Source of the DNA: Tubiluchus corallicola
Taxonomy: Eukaryota; Animalia; Priapulida
Length of the DNA: 64,000 nt
Reading direction: 5' to 3'
NCBI GenBank assembly: GCA_030141605.1
Contig: JAQGDQ010000360.1
Span: forward strand, 174,954 to 238,953
Part shown: piece after piece, positions 1-13,168 of the stretch
How the letters are laid out: each line of letters starts with the position of its first letter
Numbering within the stretch: position 1 is the stretch's first letter
Position numbers and translations under genes: made by a program
Notes under the pieces: model-generated
What the model was told of the DNA's origin: nothing
Database searches by the model: none
Seen by the model: only the letters and a program-made list of their open reading frames with translations

Positions 1-688
1 TTGCTAATTAGAGCCTCAAATTCGTTTTAATCAATGTCAAATTCGAATACCGCAGTACAAAGATCCTATGGGATCATAATATGCCTGTAAGTATGTAATA
101 CTAGTGTTTAAACTGGGGCTGCAGGCCAGGTACTTAGCTTCAGCTAATTAGCACACAATAATACGTCTTTTGGCATTTCCTCTTTTGGCATATGTATATC
201 GCATTTGGGCACATGAGGTTATGTGGGGAATTGGAGACCGTTTTAAAGTTGACCGCTAAAACACCTTTGCCGAAGGCATCAAGTTACCTAGAGCCAGCCT
301 TGATTTATACAATTTGAATATGATATATAATAGATGAAATGGCATAATGTTAACACAAATGTGATCAGGACAACATAATTTATGTGATGAATAACTGGTA
401 TAATTTGGGTACTTGCATAGCAAAAACGTTCATAAATCGGTAAGTAAGCTTTACTAGTTATTCATTTTCCTGAATCACCATTTCATGAGATTTCAAATAA
501 AAAATCGACATTTGACCAAATTTTTGGTGCTTTCTACTTTGAAGCATCATAACGTAGTTTTAACTATGCCGACATATGGATGGTTTTGGTTTGCAAGCAC
601 ACTTTTGTCTAATCAAATTTCACGTTGGTGTTTTTCTGAAAGAAATGAAAGCCATTTTCCACTCACAACCAGCAAACTTTCTAGATAC

Positions 689-3600
689 CTTATCAGGTGT
701 TTAATGATTATTGCTTGAATCTCTTCCCAGATGACAGTGAAATTAATACCTTTCTTCTCAAGGTAGTGTTGAAACTTTGGTAAAGCCCTATGAAAAAGTT
801 TGAACAGAGATATTAGCTATACAAAAACTGTTTTTGTTACATAAATTAAATACCTAATATGAATTTTGAAATAAAGCCCAGACTAGTGGCAATGTAGCAA
901 GTGCCTAGACTAGCGGCAATGTAGCAAGTGCCCAGACTAGTGGCCCATGTAGCAAGTTGGGCTTCCCTTTTAATGTTTTTATCATTTGTTTGTAGGTGAA
1001 TTCTTTTCTATGCATTAGCCTAGGAAAGTTCCTTGTAACACAACAGTCATTAAACATTCAGTTCTATCATTAAAACATGCAAAGATTATGAAAGATACAG
1101 AACACTACAGGTTTTCAAAATAGTTTAATTGGCGTTAACAGAATGCATTTACAGGCTGTATATAGTAATTAATTAGGTCAGCTACGATGGGCTGTGACTA
1201 GACAATTTCGTTGTAGTTTGAAAATTTTTGTTAACTGTTTTGTTAATTCCGTATTAGTTTATGAAAACCAATATAAAATTGGCCCTGGAAATGCGATAAC
1301 CAAGAGGTTATGCCAGATGAGAGCATATGTCGAGGTTTAACTGAAGCATATCGCTAAGTAGCGGCCGACCAGCTAAGTGGCACCTGGCAATTGTTAGTAA
1401 ATATAGTTTGTACTAGAGAGAAAAGAAATATATAAGAAATGTGAAAAAGGAAAAGTAAGGCAGGTCAGTAAGAACAGGATAGTGATAAAAGACAGTTTGG
1501 ATAAAGATGGTCATGGGAGTAGGTTTTACGTATTATATTTTTAGTTTTTTGAGAGGTGATTAAGTTAAAATTTATGCACGATAGTAATCAATAATTATAA
1601 AATAGCTTGAGCTAATGTAGAGAAGAGAATTTTTATTATTTTTATATATACATATAGTTATAATATTTTTCAAGGAATACGATATGAAAGGATTAAGGAT
1701 AACGAAAAGACAAATACAATTACAGGTTTTTGGAGTCATCAGGAGGAACATACGAGTTTCGGCTGCTATTCCTCAAACCCGTCATCCTTTTCAAGTTTGT
1801 TAAATTCCGTAATTTAATAATTAATAGTCATTGAATTCTAGAAGAATTTTGCGCCCCTCACCCTTGCTTCCTGGGGGGGGGGGTGATTGCCCCCTGCCGC
1901 AACCACCTTGCTAGGCCTCTCGCCTAGACAGAGCTTGAGGCAAGAAGTGGTTCCATTAAAATGAAAAGAAAATACATGCAAACGTCATTAAAATTAACGG
2001 CAAACCAGTGAAGCCTAAACAATCTCTGAAAGGGAAAAATGTAGAAATTCAGCTCAAAAAATAAGATAAGATGCACTTTATTCAATGAAAACTACTACAT
2101 ATGTACAACAGCTGTCACTTCAGATGCACACACTAGAGTAATACCTTAAAATTATTTACAGTTAGAAAGATTGGCAAAATACGTGATATATTTTAAAATA
2201 ATTTTAAAGATTAAAAATTAAGATTTTTTTCTGTATATAGCTGATTTATCCAATTTCGATGAGTTTTAGATGGAAAGATACAATCATTGTTGAAAAGTTT
2301 CATATATCAAACTGTTGTGATATTAAAATAGCTGATTTATCCAATATCGATGAGTTTTAAATAAAAAGGTACAATCATTGTTGAAAATTTTCATTCATCA
2401 AACTGTTATGTTTATTAAAATGACGCATAATTAAATTATAATATTTTTACGTAAAATAACCTCAAAATAAGGCAACGTGAGATTAAAGCACGCACTTTTG
2501 GCAGAGCAACTGAAAGGTTGTAAAAAACCAGGCGAATTATTAAAATTATATATTGTAAATAATTATAAGTGACTTTTACATATTTGAAGCTATAATGGTA
2601 AAAGTTGTGCAAAGTGCTGAGCAATAAAAATAAAGACAACATAAATAAAATTAGTTTAACTTAGAAGCTACAGATGGAAAAAGTTAGAATCAACTACTTC
2701 GATCTGATGTAAAAAAGTGACCAATGTCTCTGGATTTCTTTGTCATCTTTTCATTGATTGCCAGTTACATGATCTAGTTACTTTCACAGGTGACTTGCTG
2801 GGGTAATGTATCACCTGAGCCTACACCACCTGTATGTAATTTGCTCATCGTATTTGGCTTAACAGAAAGTACTATAGTTTTTCCCCAATGACGCAGATAG
2901 CGTTGTTCTTAGAAAACTCATTATCAATCTGGATTAACTGGTGAAGAGCAGGGCTTGTTGAAGTCAAAAACACAAACATCATCAGCATATAATAGATGAC
3001 CAACATGCCTTTCACGACCAGCGCAACCAAGTTTCGAATTAATTATAGGGGTGAGCATCGAACGTTCGAATTCGATTCGAACGAGTTTTTTAGTTCTAAT
3101 TCGATTCGAATCCAAAACTATAGATTCGAATAATTCAGCTCTTCAATCACGTATGTTCCTGATCATTAAAACGATTGAAACGTCATGCAATTAACATAAT
3201 TTAGCTGTTATTTATGCACACAATTTTAAAGAAATTACTAGTCGTTTTATTGCAGAACAAAACCTAGTGATATGCATGATCTTTGTAAGACTAATTTTTA
3301 CTGGTGGTTCGAAAACTAGTTCGAAAATCCTTCAATCTCAATTCGAATTCGGTTCGAATTCGAAACACTAAAGTTCGGTTCGATTCGAATTCGAAAGTCA
3401 CAAATTCGATTCGATTCGAATTCGCTTTCTGGTAGAAAATGCTCACCCCTAATTAATTAGTTGTACACGTGAATCATTAAAATATGTGTTTAAAAGTTTG
3501 GAAGTTTGTGACTTCCTTTTATACGACTTTTAAAAACTCACCAAAAATCCATTCCAGCTGCTCTGCGTTGATGATAATCAGGGCTGCGTTTACTCACATG

Positions 3601-6600
3601 TCCATTTGCTACATGCATGAAAATATCTTCTACGTCATTAGAATTTGCAACTGAGTATCTGTGTCCAATACAAAAAAAACCCATGGGTCGAGAATTAAGA
3701 CCATCTAAACTACTATTTCTATAGGCTCTTTGATAAATATTTTATTTGTCTACTTATTTATTTAATTTAATTTTTATTTTGGACTTAAATTAATATGTCA
3801 ATAAAATTTTTGTAATATGTAGATAATAATATGTAAATAAGAATATTTACATATTTATTTAAACAAATATGTATGTAATTAATTTAGATTTAAATAAATA
3901 TGTAAAGTAATACATAAAGTAATACTGTATATAATGAAACTATATACATCAGATATAGCACAAAACTGTACAAGAGGAGCACCGGTTAGTTTAACTAACA
4001 AATTAAGAGGTTAGAAATGAGTTTCAATATTGGAAGTACAATGACTTGTAACAAATGTCTGTATCAGTTAAACTACATAAAATCATATTACAGCTCATCA
4101 AAGAAAAAAAATTCATTTTTTAAGGAGTTTTCATTTTTCTGGATTTCATCAGCTGCACAGAAAGATACAATAACAAAAATTACGGATGAAACTACACATA
4201 AAATAAAAGTGTTACTAAAATAAAGAGTATGAAGAGGCTGAATTAAAAGTAAAACAAAAACAAATGAACACACATTGTACACCTTTCTTTTATACACATT
4301 GTACATGGTAAGTGCCTGTAATAATTTTACTTTTTCATGCCAAATGGGGCTCGTCCTGCGAGAGGGTTTATGTATATTCTCAACGGCTCAAGAGACGCAA
4401 CGTAAGCATATATTCTTACGTGAACCTTGTAGCCATCGATGAGATACGGGTTGGGCACGTACCTGAAACATTGTAATTAAGCACATAGAATCACATTAAA
4501 TAATACTTCTTACTATATTTCACTTAAAGGAATATCTACTGATATAACAAAACAGTGAACTTCGTGTTAATAATTAATACATCTAAATAAATCTGTAGCA
4601 GATGTAGCTTTTTTTGTCAATCCTGCTTTCGAGTTCGTGTACGAGGCGTCACCTGTGGCGGTAATGTAAATCTTTTAGTTTTGGCCAGCTTTCAGTTGTT
4701 ACCTACGAGTCACCTGTCTGTTTACTCACCTGTGCTCTGAACAGTCAGGTTAGGCCACTTTATAGGGCATTTAGAGCTTTTACCTGCTGATTTTGTTACA
4801 ATAAAGTATTCTGTGGTGTCAAAGATTTTTGTTTGTTAAGTGGCGACATCTGGCTTCAATATTTGGATCCTAGTCAATTTCCTGTCGGTCATTCAAGTTT
4901 CAATGTGTTCAAGTGATGACGGGTTTCTGTGCAACTCACGATTTAATGCCAACGATGTATGTAAATTTTATTTAGTTATTTACTGTAAGTCTCCCATTAA
5001 TTTCACTTAATCGTAATCGAGCTTTTGACAAGAAATGAATTAGTTTATTAAAGGAATTTAATATATCTTGTTTCATATAAAATGTACAATTTTGGGTAAT
5101 GGCGTCTGAGTGTCAGATATGAAGTAATGATAAAGGGGCATGTGACGTGAAGATGGAATACAACTAATAAATTGTTATGCTAAGCAAAAAATGATGACCT
5201 TGTTTGTCACCATAAAACCAAAACAAGTGGTATTAACCTCTGTTGAAACGTTTCTGTTATTTTACAAAATCAATTTAATTCACCTCAGGAATAGTTATAA
5301 AAAGAAATTCAGGGATCTACATATAAATAGTCATTAGTTTCAATGTGTTTCATTCTTAACTCCAATCTTTTATTATGTTAAGAAACCTGATCTAATATTG
5401 TTCATGTAAATATATGCATATTACATGAGTATATAGTAGTCTATATATATAAGGAATGGGAATTACTTTTTTGAGCCTACCTTGTCACTAACCCAAACCA
5501 TCCATTATATACTTATTCATGACTCCTTAACAAGTCATGCAGCAATAATTTTATTTGGTTTCTTGAATGATTTTATATATATATATATGCATACTGATAT
5601 CACGTGATTAAAAACATAAAGTTTAGTGTACAACTGTCATTTAAAGACAAATTACAGATCTGATAAATTGACATACAGAAAGAACAATGCAAAAGACATG
5701 CAAAGCAAGACTGTCCACACAATTATGTAAAAATGTAGAAGTTGAATAACATATTACTAAAATAGAGAAATGTTTTCACCCTGCGAAATCCGCTTGGTGC
5801 ATAAGTATAACAAAAAATGAATGATTTTAAGATAACCAAATTGTATAATAGTAATGAAAAGAAATGGAAATAAAAGAGCAATATTTGTTCTTATTTTATT
5901 TCTTGCAAACCTTTGTATGACAAGTTGACTATTTGGCAGCCTATTTAAGCTGTTGATGACTTTGACTCCCTTCCCCCTGCCAGAAGAAACCTACAAAGAA
6001 ATGAAAATGACAACAGAAAGGGATCTTATGCTGAAAAACAATCCAAATTTGTACTTACACAGATGCACAAAATTGTATCGGCAAAACACTAGTTCGGTAT
6101 CAAAATTTTGTACCATTATTAATAATAATATTGACGTTAAGATTATTAAAATTAATTATCACCAGCAGAATTTCAGCTTAAAATAGGGAAAATATAATTA
6201 TTCTAATTAGTTAGGATTGTCTCTAGTGTGAAAAGTCTAACATCGGAAATGCTCTAATTTGGCTAGCTATACAAGGGGTAAACTTTGCACTGGCTGTATT
6301 CCAACCTTTCACATTTCCTGCATTTCATGCTTGATATCAAAATTAAATTCATTGCGTGTATTGTACCATCATTCAAAAATAATTTTAACATTAAGATTAT
6401 GATTAAATTAAATAGATTAGGTAGTAAAGGAACAAGCAGTTGTCAAGTTTCTGTCGGTTCAAAACTGGATCTAGAATTTATTTAATTTATTTTAATTCAA
6501 TTTATTGATACTCAATTTTTAAAATTTATGGACAAAAAAATGTCCATCCACATGACCAAAGAGCACATTATATACGAATATTTACCATACGAATATTTAA

Positions 6601-9600
6601 TTAAAATAAATAAAAAAAATATAAATAAAGATATATAATATAGATTTATATATATAAAGATATATATATAAATGAAAATTCGTGAACACTGAGGACACAA
6701 AGTGAGTGAGCGACTATGACTAATTAATTAATAATAACCTTACCGGCTATTAGATTTTAGTGTCAATTTTAACTTTTATATTGCATTTTTATGTGCAGAA
6801 ATAAACTTTTAATAAATAAATAAATAAATAAACAAAAAAACAAACTTGTTAATAAACTTACCGGTTTGTAAATCCATAAGTTGTCAGGTGAACTGTCATT
6901 CCAGCTTTTATAAAGCTCCAACAGCTCGTGAGGAAGGAGAAACGTTTGTGGAACGAAGTTAAATGAATCTTTTCCATGTTTTAGCATCATGTTTTTCATG
7001 ATCTTCCAGAAACTGTCTTTGCGCATGGCTTCTTGTTGAGATCCGGGAAGCTGATTAAACTGAAATGAAAAAGAAACAGGTCATTAGACTATAAAACCTT
7101 TTATTTGACTCGGGTACGAAGTATCTCTTATTTTTCCACTTGCATCAGCACCAATGTTGCACCATGAACTCTGTGATGGGACATTGTTCAACGGAATAAG
7201 CCTTTTCACAGTTCCAGTGATTGATGATGATCGTGCAAAGATGAAAGGTTAACTGTACCAGGCAGTGCGTTTGTGTACACTTGATAACGCCTGGCAGCCC
7301 ATGCTGCTGTGATACTAAAAGTTTTAACAGCTAGATAGAACCTTACATAGTTCATTTTCGTAAGCAAGCTCCTGCTTGTAAATCACTCTACGCTCAGACT
7401 AATGCATAGTTAAGTAAAGTCCAAGCAAAATAACTGAAGTTACTCAACTGATGCCTGTAGACGGCTTTGTTTTACACAAACTTCATGTGACGACTGTTGT
7501 TAAGACACTTTGCTGTGGTAGACTTAACATTTGACCAACAGCAACTGCGCGTGCGCACAACAAAACTGCGAAAAGGCTTATTGTCGCCTACAATCTCATC
7601 ACCTCAAAACATTAGGAGTCTGTTGTGGTGACCTGGAACATTCTATTAGTAAAGTAGAACAATCTTCTTACCTTGTAGAAGTTTCGAGAACTTTCTATTT
7701 CTAGATTGTTCATTTGCACTGATATATAAGGCGGAGCTGACTGCTGGAGTTTATTCTCTTGTAACCTCGTATTCTCAGATAAGCTTTCTCGTTTCCAGAT
7801 TATCACATTTACTGTAAACATTTCGCGTTCATTCATACTTTTGTGTTGCAGAATTCTCGCATAATAAACTAGTTTAATTTGACGACGTGTTTTCTGGTTT
7901 TCTCTACGAGCCTTCCGAGAGAAACAAAACACAACAGGTTCTGTGGCTTGACGACACGAGGCTATAGTCACTGTGTGATTATAATCAGTGCGTAACCGGG
8001 AAACACATTCTGCATTTTGTGTCCTATAAATTTTGTTGAACACCATGTTTTGTTAAAAAGATCAAGCTCACAAATTAACTTGTAAACACAAGCAGCTGTT
8101 ATCCCCCCCCCCGCCCCCGAGAAACTTCAAGCTTGGCGGCCCACTTTTAATCAGGCTTAAGTCTAGCTGGTTTTGAATGTCACAGTTGTCACTTAGATTA
8201 GTGCATATTATATAACCAAGATTTTTGACTCTGTCAGTCTGCCTGGCTGTCCACATGCTCATCTGTCCATTCACGCATCACTTGTTGTTTAGTTTGTCCG
8301 TGTGCTTCGCTGCTAGTCTTTTGCATGCCTACCTGCTTTGAAGTTTGGTTTACTTTTCAGCTTCTTGCTTATTTGCAATGAAAATAACGAAATTACATTT
8401 TCAATACCTGTGCACACATTTGAAAAATGTTCATCAGTTCATCTATTGAACACATGAACTCGGTGATTTACTTACTTTCTTGTACTTTTGCTGTAAGTCT
8501 GGCCAATGTTGTTTGCGGAATTTGGCACAAGAATAAACCAGCCAACTGTTTCCGGCAGCTGGAAAATACAAACAAATTATGTGGCATGGGTATAATGAAA
8601 GCATAGAGTGGATCGGAGTGGACTGGGGTGGAGTTATTGGCAGGGCCATGTACATTTTTTATCTCCAGTAAGAATCTTGAGACGCATTAGCAAGCTAATT
8701 ATACATGATACATTTTATCGTTATAAATATGTATGTGTGTGTGCGTGTGTGTGTGTGTATAAGACTAAAAACGTGCTCAATTCTGATTGGCTGACCTATA
8801 AAATGCATATAACGAAGCCAAATTCTACAGGCAATCCTAAATAATTACAACATTAGATTAAAGGGCAAGCAGAGAGAAATCTGCCGAACACGTATGTATA
8901 TTTTAATGAGCAGAGTGTGATGTATAGTATATGTATTATGTACATACGAATAATGTATTCTCGTGGTTTCTTGTATTTAATGTACGTATTACGTTACTTA
9001 AGCTCCCGTGACTAACCTGCCCCTCTCATCACATTCTTCTCTATACACACCCTAATTTTAAACCCTGCCCTGCCCTGCCTTGCCTAACCCTCTGTCACTA
9101 TCAATGTTGTGCTTACAAGATTTTGTTTCAACACACATTGAAGCATTTTATTATAAGCAATTAGTTTTTTGGGATATCATTTTGTAATTATTGTTTCGTA
9201 TCATTGAATGTACATTTGTGAGAAATAAGTCCAAAACTAAAATCTATAATTTCGACCATTTATAAATGAAAAACAATGCAGCTGTTTCGAGACTTACTTG
9301 TGAAATGAAAATTTGAATTCAGCAGCATTTTCTTTACGAAGGTAATGTCTGCAGACTTAGTACGGTCACTGAACCTCCACCTCAGTTTTTTCTTCACGAA
9401 ACTTGGCAACTCGCCAACTGCAAATGACAGAACAAAAGCCTAGGACAGATTAGACATTTCAGATAACATATTTAAGGTACTTGATTCCAGAAAGAGCTAC
9501 CCAACTGCTCAAATATATTCAAAGCAACACATTTCAATAACTGTGACTTAAAGAAAAAAATGACGCAATGTTAAATTGTAAGTCAAAACATCTACTCTTT

Positions 9601-12483
9601 AAAATACTGAAAGCAAACGTAACATTTTTTCCGGAATTGCTTACGTGAAAGAATTATTACCACACCAACACAATTTCGCGTTCGTGTCACTAGTTCTTCG
9701 CTGTTACATGCATTTCGCCTTTCGCTAGTTATACGGGCACTAGCGCCTGCATTTCGGAAACTCATTGCACAAAAAACAGGCGCTGGGTGTATCTCTCAGT
9801 TCAGATGCGTTAGTTTGTGACGAACTACATAAGTTAGACAGCTCATGTGTGAGCACTGCAGTAAATTTGAAATTCGAATTTTTATCTTAAAACTTGCCTA
9901 GTTTGAGTACTAAACATTGAATGTCTTACAGTAGCACGGGTAAGTTACATAATATGCCATGTTTCCCAGCCGACCATGTTTCAGTTAATGCAATAATTGA
10001 ATATTTAATATTTAATAATTGAAGATGTCATAATTTTTTTTGTAAACTACGCACATTTAAATGTAAAACGGACAAAGGAGATTTAAATTTTAAATTGTTA
10101 ATTAGAGAGTTGAATTGTTGGTCATCATAATATTTGCTGGCTTTAATATTATTTAGTCCGTTAAAATAATGTTGATCTGGATCCAGATCTGTAATGGGCA
10201 GAGAGTCGAATATGTCATTTCTTTCAAATAGATTTAAATTAAGTAATTTATTGTCTATTATAGATCCAATATTAGAATACCTAGTGATTATTTGAATTCA
10301 TCGTCATCAGTGATATTGTTAAAGGGCAGAATAGTTTGCAAACAAAAATGACAAAACCAATTATCATTCTTGTCAGTTACATTGTTGTATTCAGTCAAAG
10401 TTAAATTTGTACATTTAAGATGCATCCAATGCTCACAGCAATTGCAAAACAGTCCACTGGGTTCGCCCACCGTAAATTAAGCTTTTAATCTATTATTTAA
10501 CTATCAAAAACGCCTTTGCAGTATTATTGGCATTGAAATGTACACTTTTTGCGTACTTGCAAATGGAATAGTATATGAGAAATCATTCCGTCTTCCTTTA
10601 AGCTACTGCAAAGTAAAAGTAACCACTATTTTCTGAATAGGCTTTGTAACCAAGAAATTAAGGGTGCACAGGATTGTCTGCAGCCTAAAATGGTGTCATC
10701 TTCTAGTATCAATTCGAAGTGAATGGTGTAATCAAAATCTAAAAAACAAAGTGTCGTTTGTTTCATACCAATCTGCCCAATTAAACCAAAGTTGATTACA
10801 GGTGCAACGTTGGTGAAGAGGCTAGGAATGAGTGCAGGTATTATCCGAGGACATTGGTCAGTCAGTGAGTCATTCCAAAGCGCAGCCATAGTTCTACCAG
10901 GACCTGGTACATCAGTCCAAACTCTACCATCGTATTCTGAAAAGCAGGCTAATTTATAATCTATAACTAATTTCTTTATTATATTATTCTAAGTTTAAAT
11001 GATGACAGTAAAATAAACCCAACGCACTGAGTTACAATGTTGTTCGTTTTAAAGCCTTATTATTTTTATTATTGTTGTTGTTGCTGTTGTTGTTGTTGTT
11101 AAAGCCATCTTTTTACTGCAAATTAATTTCATAACTCCTAAAGCAAAACCGGACCAAATCACAAACTGTAAGTCAAAACAATCTACTCTTTAAAATAATG
11201 AAAGAAAACATACCATTTTTTCAAAAATGACTTACGTGAAGAATTATTACCACACAAACATAATTTCACGCTCGCACCACTAGTTCTCTGCTGTTAAATG
11301 CATTTCGCCATTTGCTAGTTGGACAGACACTAGCGTCTGCGTTTTAGAAAGTGTTGTACAACAGGTGGTGTACATCTCAGTTCAGATGTATTAGTTAGCG
11401 ACGAACTACACATGTACGACAGTTTGTGCGTGAGCAGAGAGAAATCTGATTTGAATTTTTATCTTACAACTTGCCTGGTTTCAGTACAATACACTGAATA
11501 TCTTACAGTAGCACTGTACTTCAATTTTCTCTTTCATAAACACGTGCAGCGCACTCGCGGAATATTTTTACTGGTGAAAATTGTTAGTTTTTTATATCAT
11601 CAACAGTTGAGTTCGTCCCTATTAATTAAGTATTTAATCTATTATTTAATTATCAGAAGTGGGTTTTGCAGTATTGTATTAGAAAATGGAAGAGTATATG
11701 ATATGGACAATCATCCTGTCTTCCTTTAACGTTGATAACTCACTAATTATCATGTTTTGTTAAACAACAATCTCTTCCATTTTGAACTATTGTAATGTGT
11801 TTTTTTTCATATGTTTGCTAACTGGCTTAAGATTGAGAAAATCCACGAAAATGTATTAAGCTCGTTGGTAGGAATAAATAACAACTGATTAATTACCATA
11901 CTGTTCTGTGTAGTAAAATGTTACTGAAGATGCTAAAGAAAATTATGGCTGGTACTTTGATTTTCTACATGAAGAATTTAAGTTTCTCTCACACATTTTC
12001 AAAAATTTTCACTTTAAATTCTAAGTTGTGAAAGCAACCATTTCAATCAAAACATTCAATGGTAAGATAACTAAAACTCTAAACAATTTTTAATTTTTTT
12101 AAGCTTTATTTAAATTGTGCCATTTAGATTTATTTTACGTATTATTGTATATAGATTATTTGTATGTAAAGTTGAATTTATTTTATAGCTGAAAATTTGT
12201 TGCTCTAATTGCTTTCACTAATCTGAGCAAAGTTGAAACAACAAATTTCATATATCTCATGTGTACTATATATCACCAATAAAGATGTCTATGTCTATAT
12301 CTATGTTTATGAATAATTTAGCATTATGTCATAACCTGCACATGCTCAAGTACTCCGATTACTGCTATTTTTTGAGAGAGTGAAAAAAGTTTGTTACAAA
12401 ATTATAGCTAACTTACCGGCTAGCAGCCCATCCAGTAGTGATAAAACAACACAGCAAGATAAAACAACTTCTAAACACCACAT
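689..12483 (-). CDS. TTLL4-like ATP-grasp ligase, paralog A, with predicted N-terminal signal peptide; 3'-partial (continues off the left edge)
   Basis: Nine GT-AG exons with consistent phases and no stops: 12417-12483 (MWCLEVVLSCCVVLSLLDGLLA), 10769-10936 (..PALIPSLFTNVAPVINFG), 9298-9417 (LPSFVKKKLRWRFS), 8476-8558, 6862-7059 (FNQLPGSQQEAMRKDSFW..FVPQTFLLP..WIYKP), 5911-5990 (VSSGRGKGVKVI..VIQR), 4331-4462 (YVPNPYLIDGYKVHVRIY..PLRIY), 3542-3658 (MHVANGHVSK), 689-787 (WEEIQAIIIKHLI). Motif order matches the TTL domain, and PSLFxNVxPxIxF is TTLL4-like. Confidence 0.85.
876..957. repeat. 27-bp minisatellite, 3 copies
   Basis: GCCCAGACTAGTGGCAATGTAGCAAGT unit; GACTAG recurs at 881, 908 and 935. 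Confidence 0.8.
3046..3451. mobile_element. hAT-type MITE, 406 bp, in intron 8 of TTLL copy A
   Basis: TIRs TAGGGGTGAGCAT / ATGCTCACCCCTA, 8-bp TSD ATTAATTA (3038-3045 and 3452-3459), subterminal TTCGA arrays. The empty site is present in the paralogous intron near 17506-17513. It interrupts a degenerate LINE RT remnant (HLLYADDVCVF). Confidence 0.9.
7195..7582. mobile_element. MITE-like dispersed repeat, about 390 bp (other copies ~35286-35657 and ~40810-41196)
   Basis: Inverted ends AAGCCTTTTCACAGTT / AACTGCGAAAAGGCTT and a homologous interior in three places. Superfamily not assigned. Confidence 0.7.
9950..10470 (-). mobile_element. CR1-type LINE fragment: PHD finger followed by start of APE endonuclease
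   Basis: CNCCEHWMHLKC..WFCHFC (PHD), then DLDPDQHYF and SVLHLNVRSL (APE motif I), disrupted by a stop and a frameshift. Confidence 0.75.
11140..11650. repeat. Dispersed ~500-bp repeat family (also ~9570-9930, ~32330-32760, ~44100-44600)
   Basis: Shared blocks AAAGCAAAACC..GTAAGTCAAAACA..GAATTATTACCACAC..TTACAGTAGCACTGTACTTCAATTTT in four introns; boundaries approximate. Confidence 0.65.
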
Positions 12484-13067
12484 ATCTACAGTAGTTTAGC
12501 TTTGATACAGTGTAAAACTTTGATATGTGAAGTTGAAGACATACTACGTGTCTGAAATACCGACAATAAACAGTGAAAACTAATGTGGTTGCTGTACAGG
12601 CTACATGCTGGCATTTTGTCATGTAAATCACGTGGGGTAAACGAAAACATGATTGTATTTTCAAAGGGTTGCTACTCAGGTTTTACATGCTTTCCTTTTG
12701 TCACTTTTGTACATGTGGTAAGCGAACTCGGGTGCGATGACACATTTTGCCTGGAGGTCTTATAACGGGTTATGTCTTCTAAGTTGCTACTGGTCTTGTT
12801 TTCTGTCCCATTGTAAGTAGCGTAGGTAGACTGTATATGTAACACGCGTTTTGTTAACTACAGAATTAACTACTACGTAAATAAGTACTACGTACTAATA
12901 AACTACTACGTATAAGTGATATTATATGTACAAAAAGGTGATAATGATAATGATAGTAGAAATAGTAATAGTATACTAATAGTAAGAGAAATAGTAAAGT
13001 AATGGTATAATATTGATAATAGTGATGATGATGATGATGTGATGATGATGATGACGATGATGATGAA

Positions 13068-13100
<33 letters not shown>

Positions 13101-13168
13101 AATAACAATAATAATAAAAATAATGTCAATAATCATAATAATAGTAATAACAATAATAATAATAATGA

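Noticed and set aside
7612-8046. 144-aa minus-strand ORF in intron 4 of copy A
   Set aside because: No recognisable motif, no counterpart in copy B, and exon 4-5 phases close without it.
12772-12826. Plus-strand MSSKLLLVLFSVPL as the lost signal exon of the collagen gene (homologs ~45664-45718 and ~57674-57729)
   Set aside because: It needs a frameshift to reach the weak GTAGAC donor and the ATG is absent in the two copies next to collagen; too speculative.
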